Shown here: in pieces, positions 26,445 to 35,493 of the stretch
Layout: every line of letters starts with the position of its first letter
Position numbering within the stretch: position 1 is the stretch's first letter
Assembly (NCBI GenBank): GCA_040399625.1
Contig: JBBARV010000002.1
Coordinates: 83,599-147,598, forward strand
Origin: Candidatus Nanopelagicales bacterium
GTDB taxonomy: Bacteria; Actinomycetota; Actinomycetes; S36-B12
Reading direction: 5' to 3'
Length of the DNA stretch: 64,000 nucleotides
The notes under the pieces: generated by a model
Seen by the model: only the letters and a program-made list of their open reading frames with translations
The model's database searches: none
Told to the model about the DNA's origin: nothing
Made by a program: the position numbers and the translations under genes

Positions 26445-26924
26445 ATGCCCGATACCGAACAGCAGTCTGTTATTCATGTCCGCAAAACCCTGAAACTCCT
26501 TGGTGTGAGGGGTGAGGTTCGCCGCCTTGATGACAGCGCCAGAACTGCAAAAGAGGCGGCTGATGCTTTAGAAATTGAAGTTGGACAGATTGCAAGTTCA
26601 CTTATTTTTCTTGCCGATGGAAACCCAATTCTCGTCATGGCTTCGGGTAAGCACCGGGTAAATACCAACAGTGTTGCCGCAGCGCTAGAGGCTGATGAAG
26701 TTACCAAGGCAACAGCGGATGATGTTCGTGCAGCCACAGGTTATGCAATTGGTGGGGTTGCACCAATCGGTCACCCCGAACAATTACCGACAATTGTCGA
26801 CATCTCACTCAGCCAATATGACGAAGTCTGGGCAGCCGCTGGTCACCCGCATTATGTTTTCCCAACCACCTACGACGAACTACTGCGCATTACTGGTGGG
26901 CACGCCGCAGAAATCAGTGTCTGA
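26445..26924 (+). CDS. YbaK/EbsC-family aminoacyl-tRNA editing (trans-deacylase) domain protein
   Basis: 159 aa with YbaK-like sequence (…AKEAADALEIEVGQIASSLIFLADGNPILVMASGKHRVN…GGVAPIGH). TAATGT lies 6 nt upstream of the ATG, which suggests a leaderless transcript. Confidence 0.75.
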   Translation: MPDTEQQSVIHVRKTLKLLGVRGEVRRLDDSARTAKEAADALEIEVGQIASSLIFLADGNPILVMASGKHRVNTNSVAAALEADEVTKATADDVRAATGYAIGGVAPIGHPEQLPTIVDISLSQYDEVWAAAGHPHYVFPTTYDELLRITGGHAAEISV

Positions 26925-27015
26925 TCTGTTTATCAATAACGGCCGGTGTCACACATGACTAGGTCTAATGTTTCACCTGACCCAAGTTCGCCACCCTGCT
27001 AAGAAAGTCTCACCC

Positions 27016-27879
27016 ATGAGCAGTTGGATATTGCTTGCAGCGGCGTCAGCGGTATTCGCCGGGCTGGTCTCAATTTTAGGCAAATTAGGCGTTTCACAAA
27101 CCCCGAGCAATCTTGCGACCGCGATTCGGACGTCAGTCGTCCTCGTATTAGCTTGGGCAATTGCTGGGTTCACGGGGGCGACCACCGAGATATCCAATAT
27201 TGATCAATCTGCACTGATATTCCTCGTGGCATCCGGTCTCACAACCGGCGCTTCGTGGCTCATGTTTTTTAAAGCTCTACAAATAGGGGATGCCACAAAA
27301 GTCGTAGCAATTGACCGCTTGAGTTTGGTTTTCACCGTCCTCATTGGGTTCACTCTCCTTGGTGAGAGCTCAAACTTGATTCAAGCTTTAGGACTCTTGG
27401 TCGTGTCAGTGGGAACTGTTCTCGTTGTCTATCGCCGGGTTGATTCCACAACAAGAGGTTACTCGTGGCTGCCATTTGCACTAGGGGCTGCATTTTTTGC
27501 CACGGCCACAACCGTCCTTGCAAGCATCGGAATTGAAAATGTCGATTCCAATCTGGCCACCGCAATTCGAACAAGTGTGGTGTTATTACTCGCGATTGTG
27601 ATCGTGTTATTTACGGGACAACAAAAATTCTTCAGCACTCTCAACCTGCGTGAATTACTTTTTCTCACTCTCTCCGGGTTAGCCACCGGCGCCTCGTGGC
27701 TATTTTTCTTTGCCGCTTTGGCACGTGGCCCGGTCAGCGGAGTCGTACCAATAGACAAACTCAGCATTGTCGTGACCGCGATTGCTTCTTTCTTTATTTT
27801 CGGAGAACGGCAATCCCGTTGGGCCATCCTGGGATTAGTTGCATTGGTTACCGGAGCGGCTCTGCTTGTTTTTGGTTGA
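27016..27879 (+). CDS. EamA/DMT-superfamily transporter
   Basis: About 10 TM helices in two homologous halves sharing NLATAIRTSVVL. Start placed at ATG 27016; the ORF track starts at 26968. Confidence 0.75.
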   Translation: MSSWILLAAASAVFAGLVSILGKLGVSQTPSNLATAIRTSVVLVLAWAIAGFTGATTEISNIDQSALIFLVASGLTTGASWLMFFKALQIGDATKVVAIDRLSLVFTVLIGFTLLGESSNLIQALGLLVVSVGTVLVVYRRVDSTTRGYSWLPFALGAAFFATATTVLASIGIENVDSNLATAIRTSVVLLLAIVIVLFTGQQKFFSTLNLRELLFLTLSGLATGASWLFFFAALARGPVSGVVPIDKLSIVVTAIASFFIFGERQSRWAILGLVALVTGAALLVFG

Positions 27880-27990
27880 CTTACTCGCGAACCTAAAACC
27901 ACCAAGATTCAACTAAATTGCTTAGCGCACACCACCCAACCATTTTTTCGGCTTCAGTTGGTCAAGTCCTGGCAGAGCAACTTCACTCAC

Positions 27991-28509
27991 TCAAACTGGC
28001 TGCTCGCTTTCAACAAGTTTTTTCAATCGCACCAGCGTCTTTAAAATCGCCTTTTGATTGCCTTCATAAGCATTCATCAAATTTAAAGCAATTGGAATGC
28101 GCGCTGTTGATCCGTCGAAAGTCTCAATTACTTCCGTCTGTTGGTCACTAATCGCAATGAGTTCATAGCGCCAACGGTGATGCCCCGGGTGACACCAAGC
28201 GATCAGACGATCCTGCTCGAATTCTTTGACGGTGTTTTTGATTCGATAATTGACAATTAAATGCATATCAACGCCAAATTTGGAATCAAGCTCAAGCACG
28301 TCGGGTCCACGAACATTTCCTTTTACCGTGCCCGAACCGTCAAAGTCAGCGTGCTTGCGAGGGTCGCTCAGATAAGTAAAAATGGTTGAAGCCGGGGCAT
28401 CGATAATTATTTTTCCTGATCTGACATATTTTTGACCGGTATCAATTACCGTCGCACGAACTTGCTCAGTCACTTTTTTCTCATTCCTTTTTCGAATTTT
28501 CGATGTCAT
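27991..28509 (-). CDS. SRPBCC (START/polyketide cyclase-like) family protein
   Basis: 172 aa with a SRPBCC-like pattern (…APASTIFTYLSDPRKHADFDGSG…). Visibly more AT-rich than its neighbours. Lies 43 nt downstream of acdS on the same strand. Confidence 0.6.
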   Translation of the reverse strand: MTSKIRKRNEKKVTEQVRATVIDTGQKYVRSGKIIIDAPASTIFTYLSDPRKHADFDGSGTVKGNVRGPDVLELDSKFGVDMHLIVNYRIKNTVKEFEQDRLIAWCHPGHHRWRYELIAISDQQTEVIETFDGSTARIPIALNLMNAYEGNQKAILKTLVRLKKLVESEQPV

Positions 28510-28552
28510 CCCGTGAACTCAATTGAACTGTACTCCCGTCAATCCCTTTGGA

Positions 28553-29563
28553 CTAGTTGGTGAACAAAGCGCTATAGGCGTTAATGGCCGGCTGACCCCC
28601 CAAATGAGCATAAAGAACATTCGAATCTTTGGGAATAACTTCACTACGAACCAGATCAATCAATCCGGCCATCGATTTACCTTCATAAACAGGATCGATG
28701 ATCATGCCTTCCAGTTCGCCGGTGAGACGGATAGCGTCAAGGGTTGATTGAACTGGGATTCCATAAAGGTCACCAGCCCACCCCTCCAGCACAACGATTT
28801 CCTCATCGGTTAGCTCGCGCCCAAGGCCGATGAGCTCCGCGGTGTGACGGGCAATTCGGGCAACCTGTGCACGTGTTTTATCCAAGGTTGCCGAGGCGTC
28901 GATACCGATAATTTTGCGTGCTCGATCTTGCCCGGCAAACCCGGCAATCATTCCTGCTTGAGTGCTGCCAGTCACGGTGCAGACCACAATCGTGTCAAAG
29001 AAAACACCAAGATCTTTTTCTTGCTGTTCAACTTCATCTGCCCAATTAGCAAAACCAAGCCCACCGAATTTGTGTTCGGATGCACCGGCCGGGATTCCAT
29101 AAGGTTTGCCACCACGTGCTTTCACATCTTCGAGGGCTTGATTCCAACTGTCACGAATTCCAATGTCAAATCCGGCGGGGTCAAGTCGAACTTCAGCGCC
29201 CATAATCCGCGAAAGCATGATGTTTCCCACGCGGTCATTCACGCAATCGGGCCAGTCCACCCACTTCTCCTGAACCAATACGGCCTTCATGCCCAACTTC
29301 GCAGCAACGGCAGCAACTTGCCGGGTGTGGTTCGACTGGTAACCACCGATGGATACGAGCGTATCTGCGCCCTGCGCTATTGCGTCCGGAACAATGTATT
29401 CGAGCTTACGAGTTTTGTTACCGCCGTACGCTAAACCGCTGTTCACATCCTCGCGTTTTGCCCACAGTTGCGCGCCATTCAAGTGTGCGGTCAACCGGGG
29501 AAGAGTGTGGATCGGACTTGGCCCGAAAGTAAGTGGGTAACGGGGGAAATCGGCGAGTGACAT
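28553..29563 (-). CDS. acdS: 1-aminocyclopropane-1-carboxylate (ACC) deaminase
   Basis: 336 aa with [11 protein letters not shown] (PLP lysine) and [18 protein letters not shown] (Glu) and AHLGG (Leu) are present at the two positions that separate AcdS from D-cysteine desulfhydrase. Confidence 0.85.
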   Translation of the reverse strand: MSLADFPRYPLTFGPSPIHTLPRLTAHLNGAQLWAKREDVNSGLAYGGNKTRKLEYIVPDAIAQGADTLVSIGGYQSNHTRQVAAVAAKLGMKAVLVQEKWVDWPDCVNDRVGNIMLSRIMGAEVRLDPAGFDIGIRDSWNQALEDVKARGGKPYGIPAGASEHKFGGLGFANWADEVEQQEKDLGVFFDTIVVCTVTGSTQAGMIAGFAGQDRARKIIGIDASATLDKTRAQVARIARHTAELIGLGRELTDEEIVVLEGWAGDLYGIPVQSTLDAIRLTGELEGMIIDPVYEGKSMAGLIDLVRSEVIPKDSNVLYAHLGGQPAINAYSALFTN

Positions 29564-29607
29564 AACTTCAACTCTTTCTGTCGCTATTGATGGGTTATTT
29601 TGTTGGT

Positions 29608-30297
29608 TTATTCCAGTGAACTAGTGGGAAGTGAGTTCCAAATTTCATAGGCGACCTGCCCTGCTTGGGTTGAACCCATTTTTGTTAATTTGATCAGGTG
29701 GTCATGAGCGCTTGCGGAATCGTGCAGTAATGCTGTCGAGGATAAAGATGATGAATCTTTGAAATCTAACTGGTTCGAACTGAATCGGGCGATCTCGGCC
29801 CGGCGAATTAATGGTGTGAAAGTGTCGACAACAATTTGGGTTGCCGTGTTTCCACTAGCTTCGATGAATACCCGGTGAAAAGCATCATCGGCAATAATCG
29901 CCGACTCGATATCACGGCGTTTTATTGCAGTCGAAAAATCTTTATTGGCCGCCGCTAACTGATCCCAGTGGTGGGTGGTCAGTGAATTAAGGGACTCTTC
30001 GACAGCAAGTCGGTGCATGCTGGCAAGTACCGACTTCGCCTGCTGCTCACGCTGTGGGTCAATCTCGGTGACAAATGTGGCCCGCCCCGGTTGGGCATTA
30101 ACGAGCCCAATCTGTCCCAGGCGCAGAACCGCTTCTCGGATTGGGGTTCGACTCACCCCCAGCCACCGGGCTAACTCGGCGTCGCGCAGCTGTTCACCCG
30201 GTGCCAGCGTTCCGGAAACTATCGCGTCCAGCAGGTGGCCATAAGCGTCATCACGTAGCAGTGATCTTCGTTCAATTGGGATGGCTGGGACCGGCAT
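29608..30297 (-). CDS. GntR-family transcriptional regulator (FCD/FadR-type C-terminal domain)
   Basis: 229 aa with an N-terminal winged-HTH ([24 protein letters not shown]) and a helical C-terminal domain. Lies directly upstream of acdS. Confidence 0.85.
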   Translation of the reverse strand: MPVPAIPIERRSLLRDDAYGHLLDAIVSGTLAPGEQLRDAELARWLGVSRTPIREAVLRLGQIGLVNAQPGRATFVTEIDPQREQQAKSVLASMHRLAVEESLNSLTTHHWDQLAAANKDFSTAIKRRDIESAIIADDAFHRVFIEASGNTATQIVVDTFTPLIRRAEIARFSSNQLDFKDSSSLSSTALLHDSASAHDHLIKLTKMGSTQAGQVAYEIWNSLPTSSLE

Positions 30298-30311
30298 GCA
30301 ATATATTGCAT
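30296..30311. promoter_or_regulatory. 16-bp perfect palindrome ATGCAATATATTGCAT overlapping the GntR start codon (candidate operator)
   Basis: Read directly from the sequence. A TTGACA -35-like hexamer on the minus strand lies at 30328-30333. Confidence 0.45.
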
Positions 30312-30416
30312 ACTACCAAATGGTCGGTGTCAAGTGGTTTTTGGAGATACTTGATCCGCCCACGCCGCGGAGACTAGGACGGCACCGCGCACGGAGCACT
30401 CCTATGCTTGGGTGTC

Positions 30417-31217
30417 ATGAGCATGCGGGTATACAACGGTCCGCATTCAGACCGCGGAAGTAACGGACCTTCGTGGACTAAGTACGTGCCTTGGGTTTTC
30501 ACCGGCCTCACGATTCTGGGCCAAATTCTGTGGATTTTAGTCTCAGGGGACACCCGGATTTTCCTGACCGCAATGACGGTGACCACTTTCTTCCTTGCCA
30601 GTCTGAGCCACGCCTATCTGCGCCGCGGACTGGGTTGGACCCTTTCATTTTTTAGCATTTCACTAGCATTTGGTTGGCTCATTGAAGTGCTGGGGACAAT
30701 TACTCAATTCCCATTTGGTGACTACGACTACTCCGAAAAACTTGGATTGGCATTACTCGGCGTGCCAATTTTGATCCCCATGGCGTGGTCCATGATGGCT
30801 TATCCGGTCATGCTCGCCACCCAAAGGATGGCGGCCACTCCCTTTGCCACGGCATTTATTGGTGGTTGGCTCCTCGCGGCCTGGGACCTATTCCTTGATC
30901 CAATGATGGTTGGTGAGGGGTACTGGACCTGGAATGAACTCGGTTGGGTTCTTCCAGGAATTCCGGACATTCCATTACAGAACTTCCTTGGCTGGCTTTT
31001 GGCCGCCATTGCACTCGCATTTGCTTTAAACCTGCTTCCGCGCAAAGTCGCCAATGACGCAGTGCCCAACACACTTTTGATCTGGATTTATTTTTCCAAT
31101 GTTCTTGCCGCTGCTGTATTTTTCGGAGCAACCGGCGTGGCGCTTTGGGGGGGAATCGCAATGGGGCTGTTCGTGTTTCCTTGGATGTGGAGAATCTGGA
31201 GTCAACCCCAGTGGTAG
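30417..31217 (+). CDS. CruF-like carotenoid biosynthesis membrane protein (PF04240; carotenoid 1,2-hydratase family)
   Basis: About 266 aa, polytopic, with GEGYWTW and PLQNFLGW motifs. Start is ATG 30417 or 30423; the ORF track begins at TTG 30408. Confidence 0.7.
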   Translation: MSMRVYNGPHSDRGSNGPSWTKYVPWVFTGLTILGQILWILVSGDTRIFLTAMTVTTFFLASLSHAYLRRGLGWTLSFFSISLAFGWLIEVLGTITQFPFGDYDYSEKLGLALLGVPILIPMAWSMMAYPVMLATQRMAATPFATAFIGGWLLAAWDLFLDPMMVGEGYWTWNELGWVLPGIPDIPLQNFLGWLLAAIALAFALNLLPRKVANDAVPNTLLIWIYFSNVLAAAVFFGATGVALWGGIAMGLFVFPWMWRIWSQPQW

Positions 31218-32320
31218 TTCTTCCACTCGCCAGCACGCTCTGTGTCGCTCTCACCGCGCACACCGCATTTAATCTCACCAAATTGCGTTCACCACGTTGG
31301 AGCGGCAATGCAATAAATGAGAAAGTCAGTGTTCTCGTACCCGCGCGTAATGAGGAAAGCCATATCGCTCTAACAATTGAGAGTATTAAAAATCAAATTG
31401 GTTTGACCGACATAGAAGTAATAATTCTCGATGACCAGTCAACAGATTCCACGGCCGCAATAGTTAAGCAACTAGTTGATGCGAACTCCAACATCACATT
31501 AATGACCAATGAAGTGAATCCACCTTCGGGCTGGTTGGGGAAGCCGCATGCTTGCCACCTACTCTCGCAACAAGCAACAGGAAGCGTGCTCGTTTTCGTC
31601 GACGCCGACGTAATCCTTGAGCCCACAGCAATCGCTGCTTGTATTGAACTACTGAGAGACCAAGACTTCGGACTTGTCGCGCCGTATCCGCGACAGCTCG
31701 CGGAAACCCACCTTGAGCGCTTGATTCAGCCACTCGTCACTTGGTCGTGGGCGAGCACTATGCCTATCGGAATTGCCGAAAATTCACTGAGGCCCTCCTT
31801 GTCCGCGGCGAATGGGCAATTCTTAGTCTTTGATTCGCTTGCCTACCGAACATCAGGTGGTCACACCAGTGTGAGAGGTGAAGTACTCGAAGACATTGCG
31901 TTAATGCGATCGGTGAAATCAGGTGGATTTCATTGCGCAACCGTAAATGGCAGCGAACTAGCCCACTGTCGCATGTATGAGGACATGGACGCTCTCGTCA
32001 ACGGTTACACAAAATCCCTTTGGAATGCATTCGGATCCCCTGCCGGCTCGGTTGCCGTTAATGCACTACTTGCATTTACCTATCTCGTACCGCCAATTGC
32101 CATGCTGACCTCGCGAAAAACTTCCACCCGAGCCATCGGTGCAGTTGGATACCTCTCCGGGGTAGCTGGTCGAGCGATGGTTGCAAAAGAGACCGGGTCG
32201 CGTGTTATCCCTGATTCATTCGCGCAACCGGCATCCATCGCAGCCTTCATCGGCCTCAATGCACTGAGTTGGTCGCGACACCTGCGCGGAAAAAATTCCT
32301 GGAAAGGGAGAGCGGTTTAA
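31211..32320 (+). CDS. Family-2 glycosyltransferase (CruC/CrtX-like carotenoid glycosyltransferase candidate)
   Basis: VSVLVPARNEESHI...ILDDQSTD...VFVDADV GT2 motifs. GTG 31211 overlaps the cruF-like stop by 7 nt. The alternative, ATG 31145 from the ORF track, would overlap by 73 nt. Confidence 0.7.
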   Translation: MVVLPLASTLCVALTAHTAFNLTKLRSPRWSGNAINEKVSVLVPARNEESHIALTIESIKNQIGLTDIEVIILDDQSTDSTAAIVKQLVDANSNITLMTNEVNPPSGWLGKPHACHLLSQQATGSVLVFVDADVILEPTAIAACIELLRDQDFGLVAPYPRQLAETHLERLIQPLVTWSWASTMPIGIAENSLRPSLSAANGQFLVFDSLAYRTSGGHTSVRGEVLEDIALMRSVKSGGFHCATVNGSELAHCRMYEDMDALVNGYTKSLWNAFGSPAGSVAVNALLAFTYLVPPIAMLTSRKTSTRAIGAVGYLSGVAGRAMVAKETGSRVIPDSFAQPASIAAFIGLNALSWSRHLRGKNSWKGRAV

Positions 32321-33844
32321 ATGGGTGAACCGATGAGCGAACCTAAGCCCTCCCACGTAGTTGTTATTGGTGGTGGAGTCGGCGGACTGGCTATTTCTGC
32401 GCGCCTAAGTGTTAAAGGACACCGCGTCACACTTCTTGAGCACGCAGATCGAGTCGGTGGCAAACTCTTCACGTACCGCCGTGATGGTTTCGCATTTGAT
32501 ACAGGTCCCAGTTTGTTCACCCTCCCCGCGGTCTACCGTGATTTGTTTTTGAAGACCGGAAAGAGCCTTGAAGAAAGTATTGACCTGCAAGAACTTAACC
32601 CGGCATTTCGCTATGTATTCCCCGATGGAAGTGAAGTGACCCTTCCCGGCGTTGATCCCGCAAAGTGCGCACAAGCATTCGGTGAAGCATTTGGTGCGGA
32701 AAGTGAGTCTCAGTGGCGTGAATTCACCGCACGTGGCGCTGAAATGTGGCGCTTGACGCGTGGCCCATTTCTCCAATCGCCTCTCAAAGGCTGGAAGTCG
32801 TTACTGCCATTAGCCAATCCAAGTGATGTCAACACGATCGCGCCGTTTACTTCATTACGTAAACTTGCTCGCAAGTACTTCACCGATCCGCGGATGATTA
32901 CGATCGTGGATCGGTACGCCACCTACACGGGATCAGATCCACGACACGCGCCGGCAGTCTTAGCGACCATTCCTTACATTGAGCAAGTTTTCGGCGCTTG
33001 GCATATTGGCGGTGGGGTTGGAACACTTGCAACAGCACTAGAAAAACGGTGCGTTGAACGCAAAGTTGCGATCCGAACCGGGGTTACTGTGACCAACATT
33101 GAAACTATTGACAACATGGTGTCCGGCGTTCGACTCGAAAGCGGTGAATTTATAGCCGCTGACCTTGTCGTCTCAAACTCTGATGCAACGCTTACCCAGG
33201 ACTTACTTTCACAGCAAGATCGAAAGCGAGTACCGAAAATTCCTAATTCGCCATCACTTGCTGGTTTCGTCTTACTGCTCGCACTTGAAGGGACTACCGA
33301 GGGACTTGCGCACCACAATGTCTGGTTCCCGGAAAATTATGACGCAGAATTTGATGCAATTTTTGGAAAAACTCCGACCCCCCCACCTGATCCAGCAATT
33401 TATGCCTGTGTCCCCGATGACCCACGAATGCGGCCATCAGAAGACACTGAATCGTGGTTCATCCTGGTTAATGCACCGCGCCATGATCCAAGTGCCCAAA
33501 ATGGTTTTGATTGGGATGCACCCAAAGTCAAAGAGCAGTATGCACAAAATATTTTAGAGAAATTGGCCGAGCGCGGAACTGATATCCGCTCCCGGATCAA
33601 GTGGATGGAAATTCGAACACCTGCAGATCTGGAGCGGGAAGTAATGGCACCGGGTGGCAGCATCTATGGAACTTCAAGCAATGGTCCTCGAGCAGCATTT
33701 ACCCGACCGGCTAATCAATCAGTGATTTCCGGGCTCTACCTTGTCGGTGGCTCAAGTCACCCTGGTGGCGGACTCCCTTTGGTGGGCATGGGCGCCGAAA
33801 TAACTGCCGAACTCATTGGTCGCGCGAAGAAGTCAAACCCGTAA
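32321..33844 (+). CDS. Phytoene desaturase-family FAD oxidoreductase (CrtD-like carotenoid 3,4-desaturase candidate)
   Basis: 507 aa with N-terminal VVVIGGGVGGLAISARL dinucleotide fold and a C-terminal GGSSHPGGGLPLVGMGA motif typical of the CrtI/CrtD family. Confidence 0.75.
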   Translation: MGEPMSEPKPSHVVVIGGGVGGLAISARLSVKGHRVTLLEHADRVGGKLFTYRRDGFAFDTGPSLFTLPAVYRDLFLKTGKSLEESIDLQELNPAFRYVFPDGSEVTLPGVDPAKCAQAFGEAFGAESESQWREFTARGAEMWRLTRGPFLQSPLKGWKSLLPLANPSDVNTIAPFTSLRKLARKYFTDPRMITIVDRYATYTGSDPRHAPAVLATIPYIEQVFGAWHIGGGVGTLATALEKRCVERKVAIRTGVTVTNIETIDNMVSGVRLESGEFIAADLVVSNSDATLTQDLLSQQDRKRVPKIPNSPSLAGFVLLLALEGTTEGLAHHNVWFPENYDAEFDAIFGKTPTPPPDPAIYACVPDDPRMRPSEDTESWFILVNAPRHDPSAQNGFDWDAPKVKEQYAQNILEKLAERGTDIRSRIKWMEIRTPADLEREVMAPGGSIYGTSSNGPRAAFTRPANQSVISGLYLVGGSSHPGGGLPLVGMGAEITAELIGRAKKSNP

Positions 33845-35327
33845 ATCCGTACCAGCGAGCTAGTCGTCCACCCGATGAAAGCAACCGAATACGTTCCTCT
33901 GTTTGAGCCTGCACTTCAAGTGTCGCCACGATCACCAACTGGTCTTCGGCGCGAATCCGGGTTTCTTCGCGTGGAACTTCGGCGACACCATCACGAATAA
34001 TGAGTGAGACGAGTGCACCGCGTGGCAATCCCATTTCCACGACAAAGACTCCTACCAGCGCCGACCCCTTTGGAATGTCAACTCCCAAAACTGTTGCTGA
34101 CATTCCATCAAGTGGTGCACTTTCCACTTCAAGTTCACGCACCTGTTCGGGAAGGCATACGCCAATCTTGCGACCCAGGACTGCAATAAGAGGCGTTTGA
34201 AGGAGGAGGAGCAGAAACACCACAATCAACGTTGCATCAAAAACCAATTCAGCCCCAGGAACACCAAATCCCAATGGAATCGCCGCAAACACAATCGGTA
34301 CCGCTCCACGTAATCCCGCTATCGAGACAAAAGCAATCACTCTGGTACCCAAACGAAATGGCGCCAGTGAAACGAACGCTGCAAGTGGTCTAGCAAAGAA
34401 CACCAACAGCACAAGAGTTCCCAAGGCCAGTGGGATAGCTTCAGGCAACCGCCCAAGATCAGCCAGCAGCCCCAGCATTACGAAAAGGCTAATTTCGGCA
34501 ATCCACGAGAGCCCGTCCGAGAATCCGAGAATGGATTTTCGGTGGGGAAGTTTCTTTGCCGAACCGATTAAAATTGCAGAAATATAAACGGCCATGAATC
34601 CTGATGAATGCAGAACCGACGCTGCTCCATAGGAAAATACGATGAGTGCCAACGCTGCGATCGGATACAAACCGACCCCTGGCAGTGCCAGTCGAGGTAA
34701 AACAAACCGCCCTAGGTATCCGACAGCGATTCCAATTACTGCGCCACCGATGATTTCAGCAACCACCAAGATAGGAATCAACCACGCAGCCGTTTCACCC
34801 CAGGATCCGCTGGCCACGATACTGACAATCACGACTACGGGTGCATCATTGAAGCCAGCTTCGGCTTCGAGTAAAGTCCGGACTTTGTTGTTAACTCGCA
34901 TTCGGCGCAGGAGTGAGAAAACTGCCGCAGCGTCGGTCGCCGCCAGCACGGTACCCAAAAGAACTGCAAGTTGCGGATCAAAATCAAAGATAAAAATGAG
35001 CGGCAGTGCGACCACGCCGATGCTAACGGCGATGCCAACCGAAGCCAATGCCAGTGATGGTCCGAGCACGGGGCGCAATTGATCCACTTTGGTGGTCAGT
35101 CCACCGTGAGCCAAAATCAGTACCAATGCTGAGTAGCCCAGTACGGTTGCAAGGGTGGCGTCGTCAAAGTAAAGGGCGGGGACCGTCGCACCCAGTACTA
35201 AACCAAGAATCAGGTACAGAAGCAGACCTGGAATCCCTAGTTTCCCGGCAAAACGAACAGAAAAAATTGCAATCAGCACGATAAGGGCGCCCAAGAAGGT
35301 GCCTGTGGCCAGCGCTTCAAGACCCAC
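33813..35327 (-). CDS. K+/H+ (cation:proton) antiporter with C-terminal TrkA-C domain
   Basis: About 12 TM helices plus a soluble C-terminal domain. Start placed at GTG 35327, preceded by AGGAGG with 7-nt spacing. The ORF-track extension to 35648 runs across the idsA promoter and start. Confidence 0.8.
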   Translation of the reverse strand: MGLEALATGTFLGALIVLIAIFSVRFAGKLGIPGLLLYLILGLVLGATVPALYFDDATLATVLGYSALVLILAHGGLTTKVDQLRPVLGPSLALASVGIAVSIGVVALPLIFIFDFDPQLAVLLGTVLAATDAAAVFSLLRRMRVNNKVRTLLEAEAGFNDAPVVVIVSIVASGSWGETAAWLIPILVVAEIIGGAVIGIAVGYLGRFVLPRLALPGVGLYPIAALALIVFSYGAASVLHSSGFMAVYISAILIGSAKKLPHRKSILGFSDGLSWIAEISLFVMLGLLADLGRLPEAIPLALGTLVLLVFFARPLAAFVSLAPFRLGTRVIAFVSIAGLRGAVPIVFAAIPLGFGVPGAELVFDATLIVVFLLLLLQTPLIAVLGRKIGVCLPEQVRELEVESAPLDGMSATVLGVDIPKGSALVGVFVVEMGLPRGALVSLIIRDGVAEVPREETRIRAEDQLVIVATLEVQAQTEERIRLLSSGGRLARWYGFTGLTSSRDQ

Positions 35328-35493
35328 GTTCGCACCTCCTGGAGTTTTTGTGATCGAACAGTCCCTGCGTAAAGGTATCTTGCTCGTGTTACCGATTGGT
35401 TTTTTTGCAGTTGCCACCGTGAGCTTTGAGCCTTGATCTGGAGAACGCGATTGCCAATATGTGGAAAATATGCCGAGGCAATAGAGTGTTCCC

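Noticed and set aside
33613-33628. TCGAACACCTGCAGAT, sharing the first 11 nt with the LexA box at 26302
   Set aside because: The second half-site is absent (GCAGAT versus GTTCGA), and it lies inside the crtD-like coding region.
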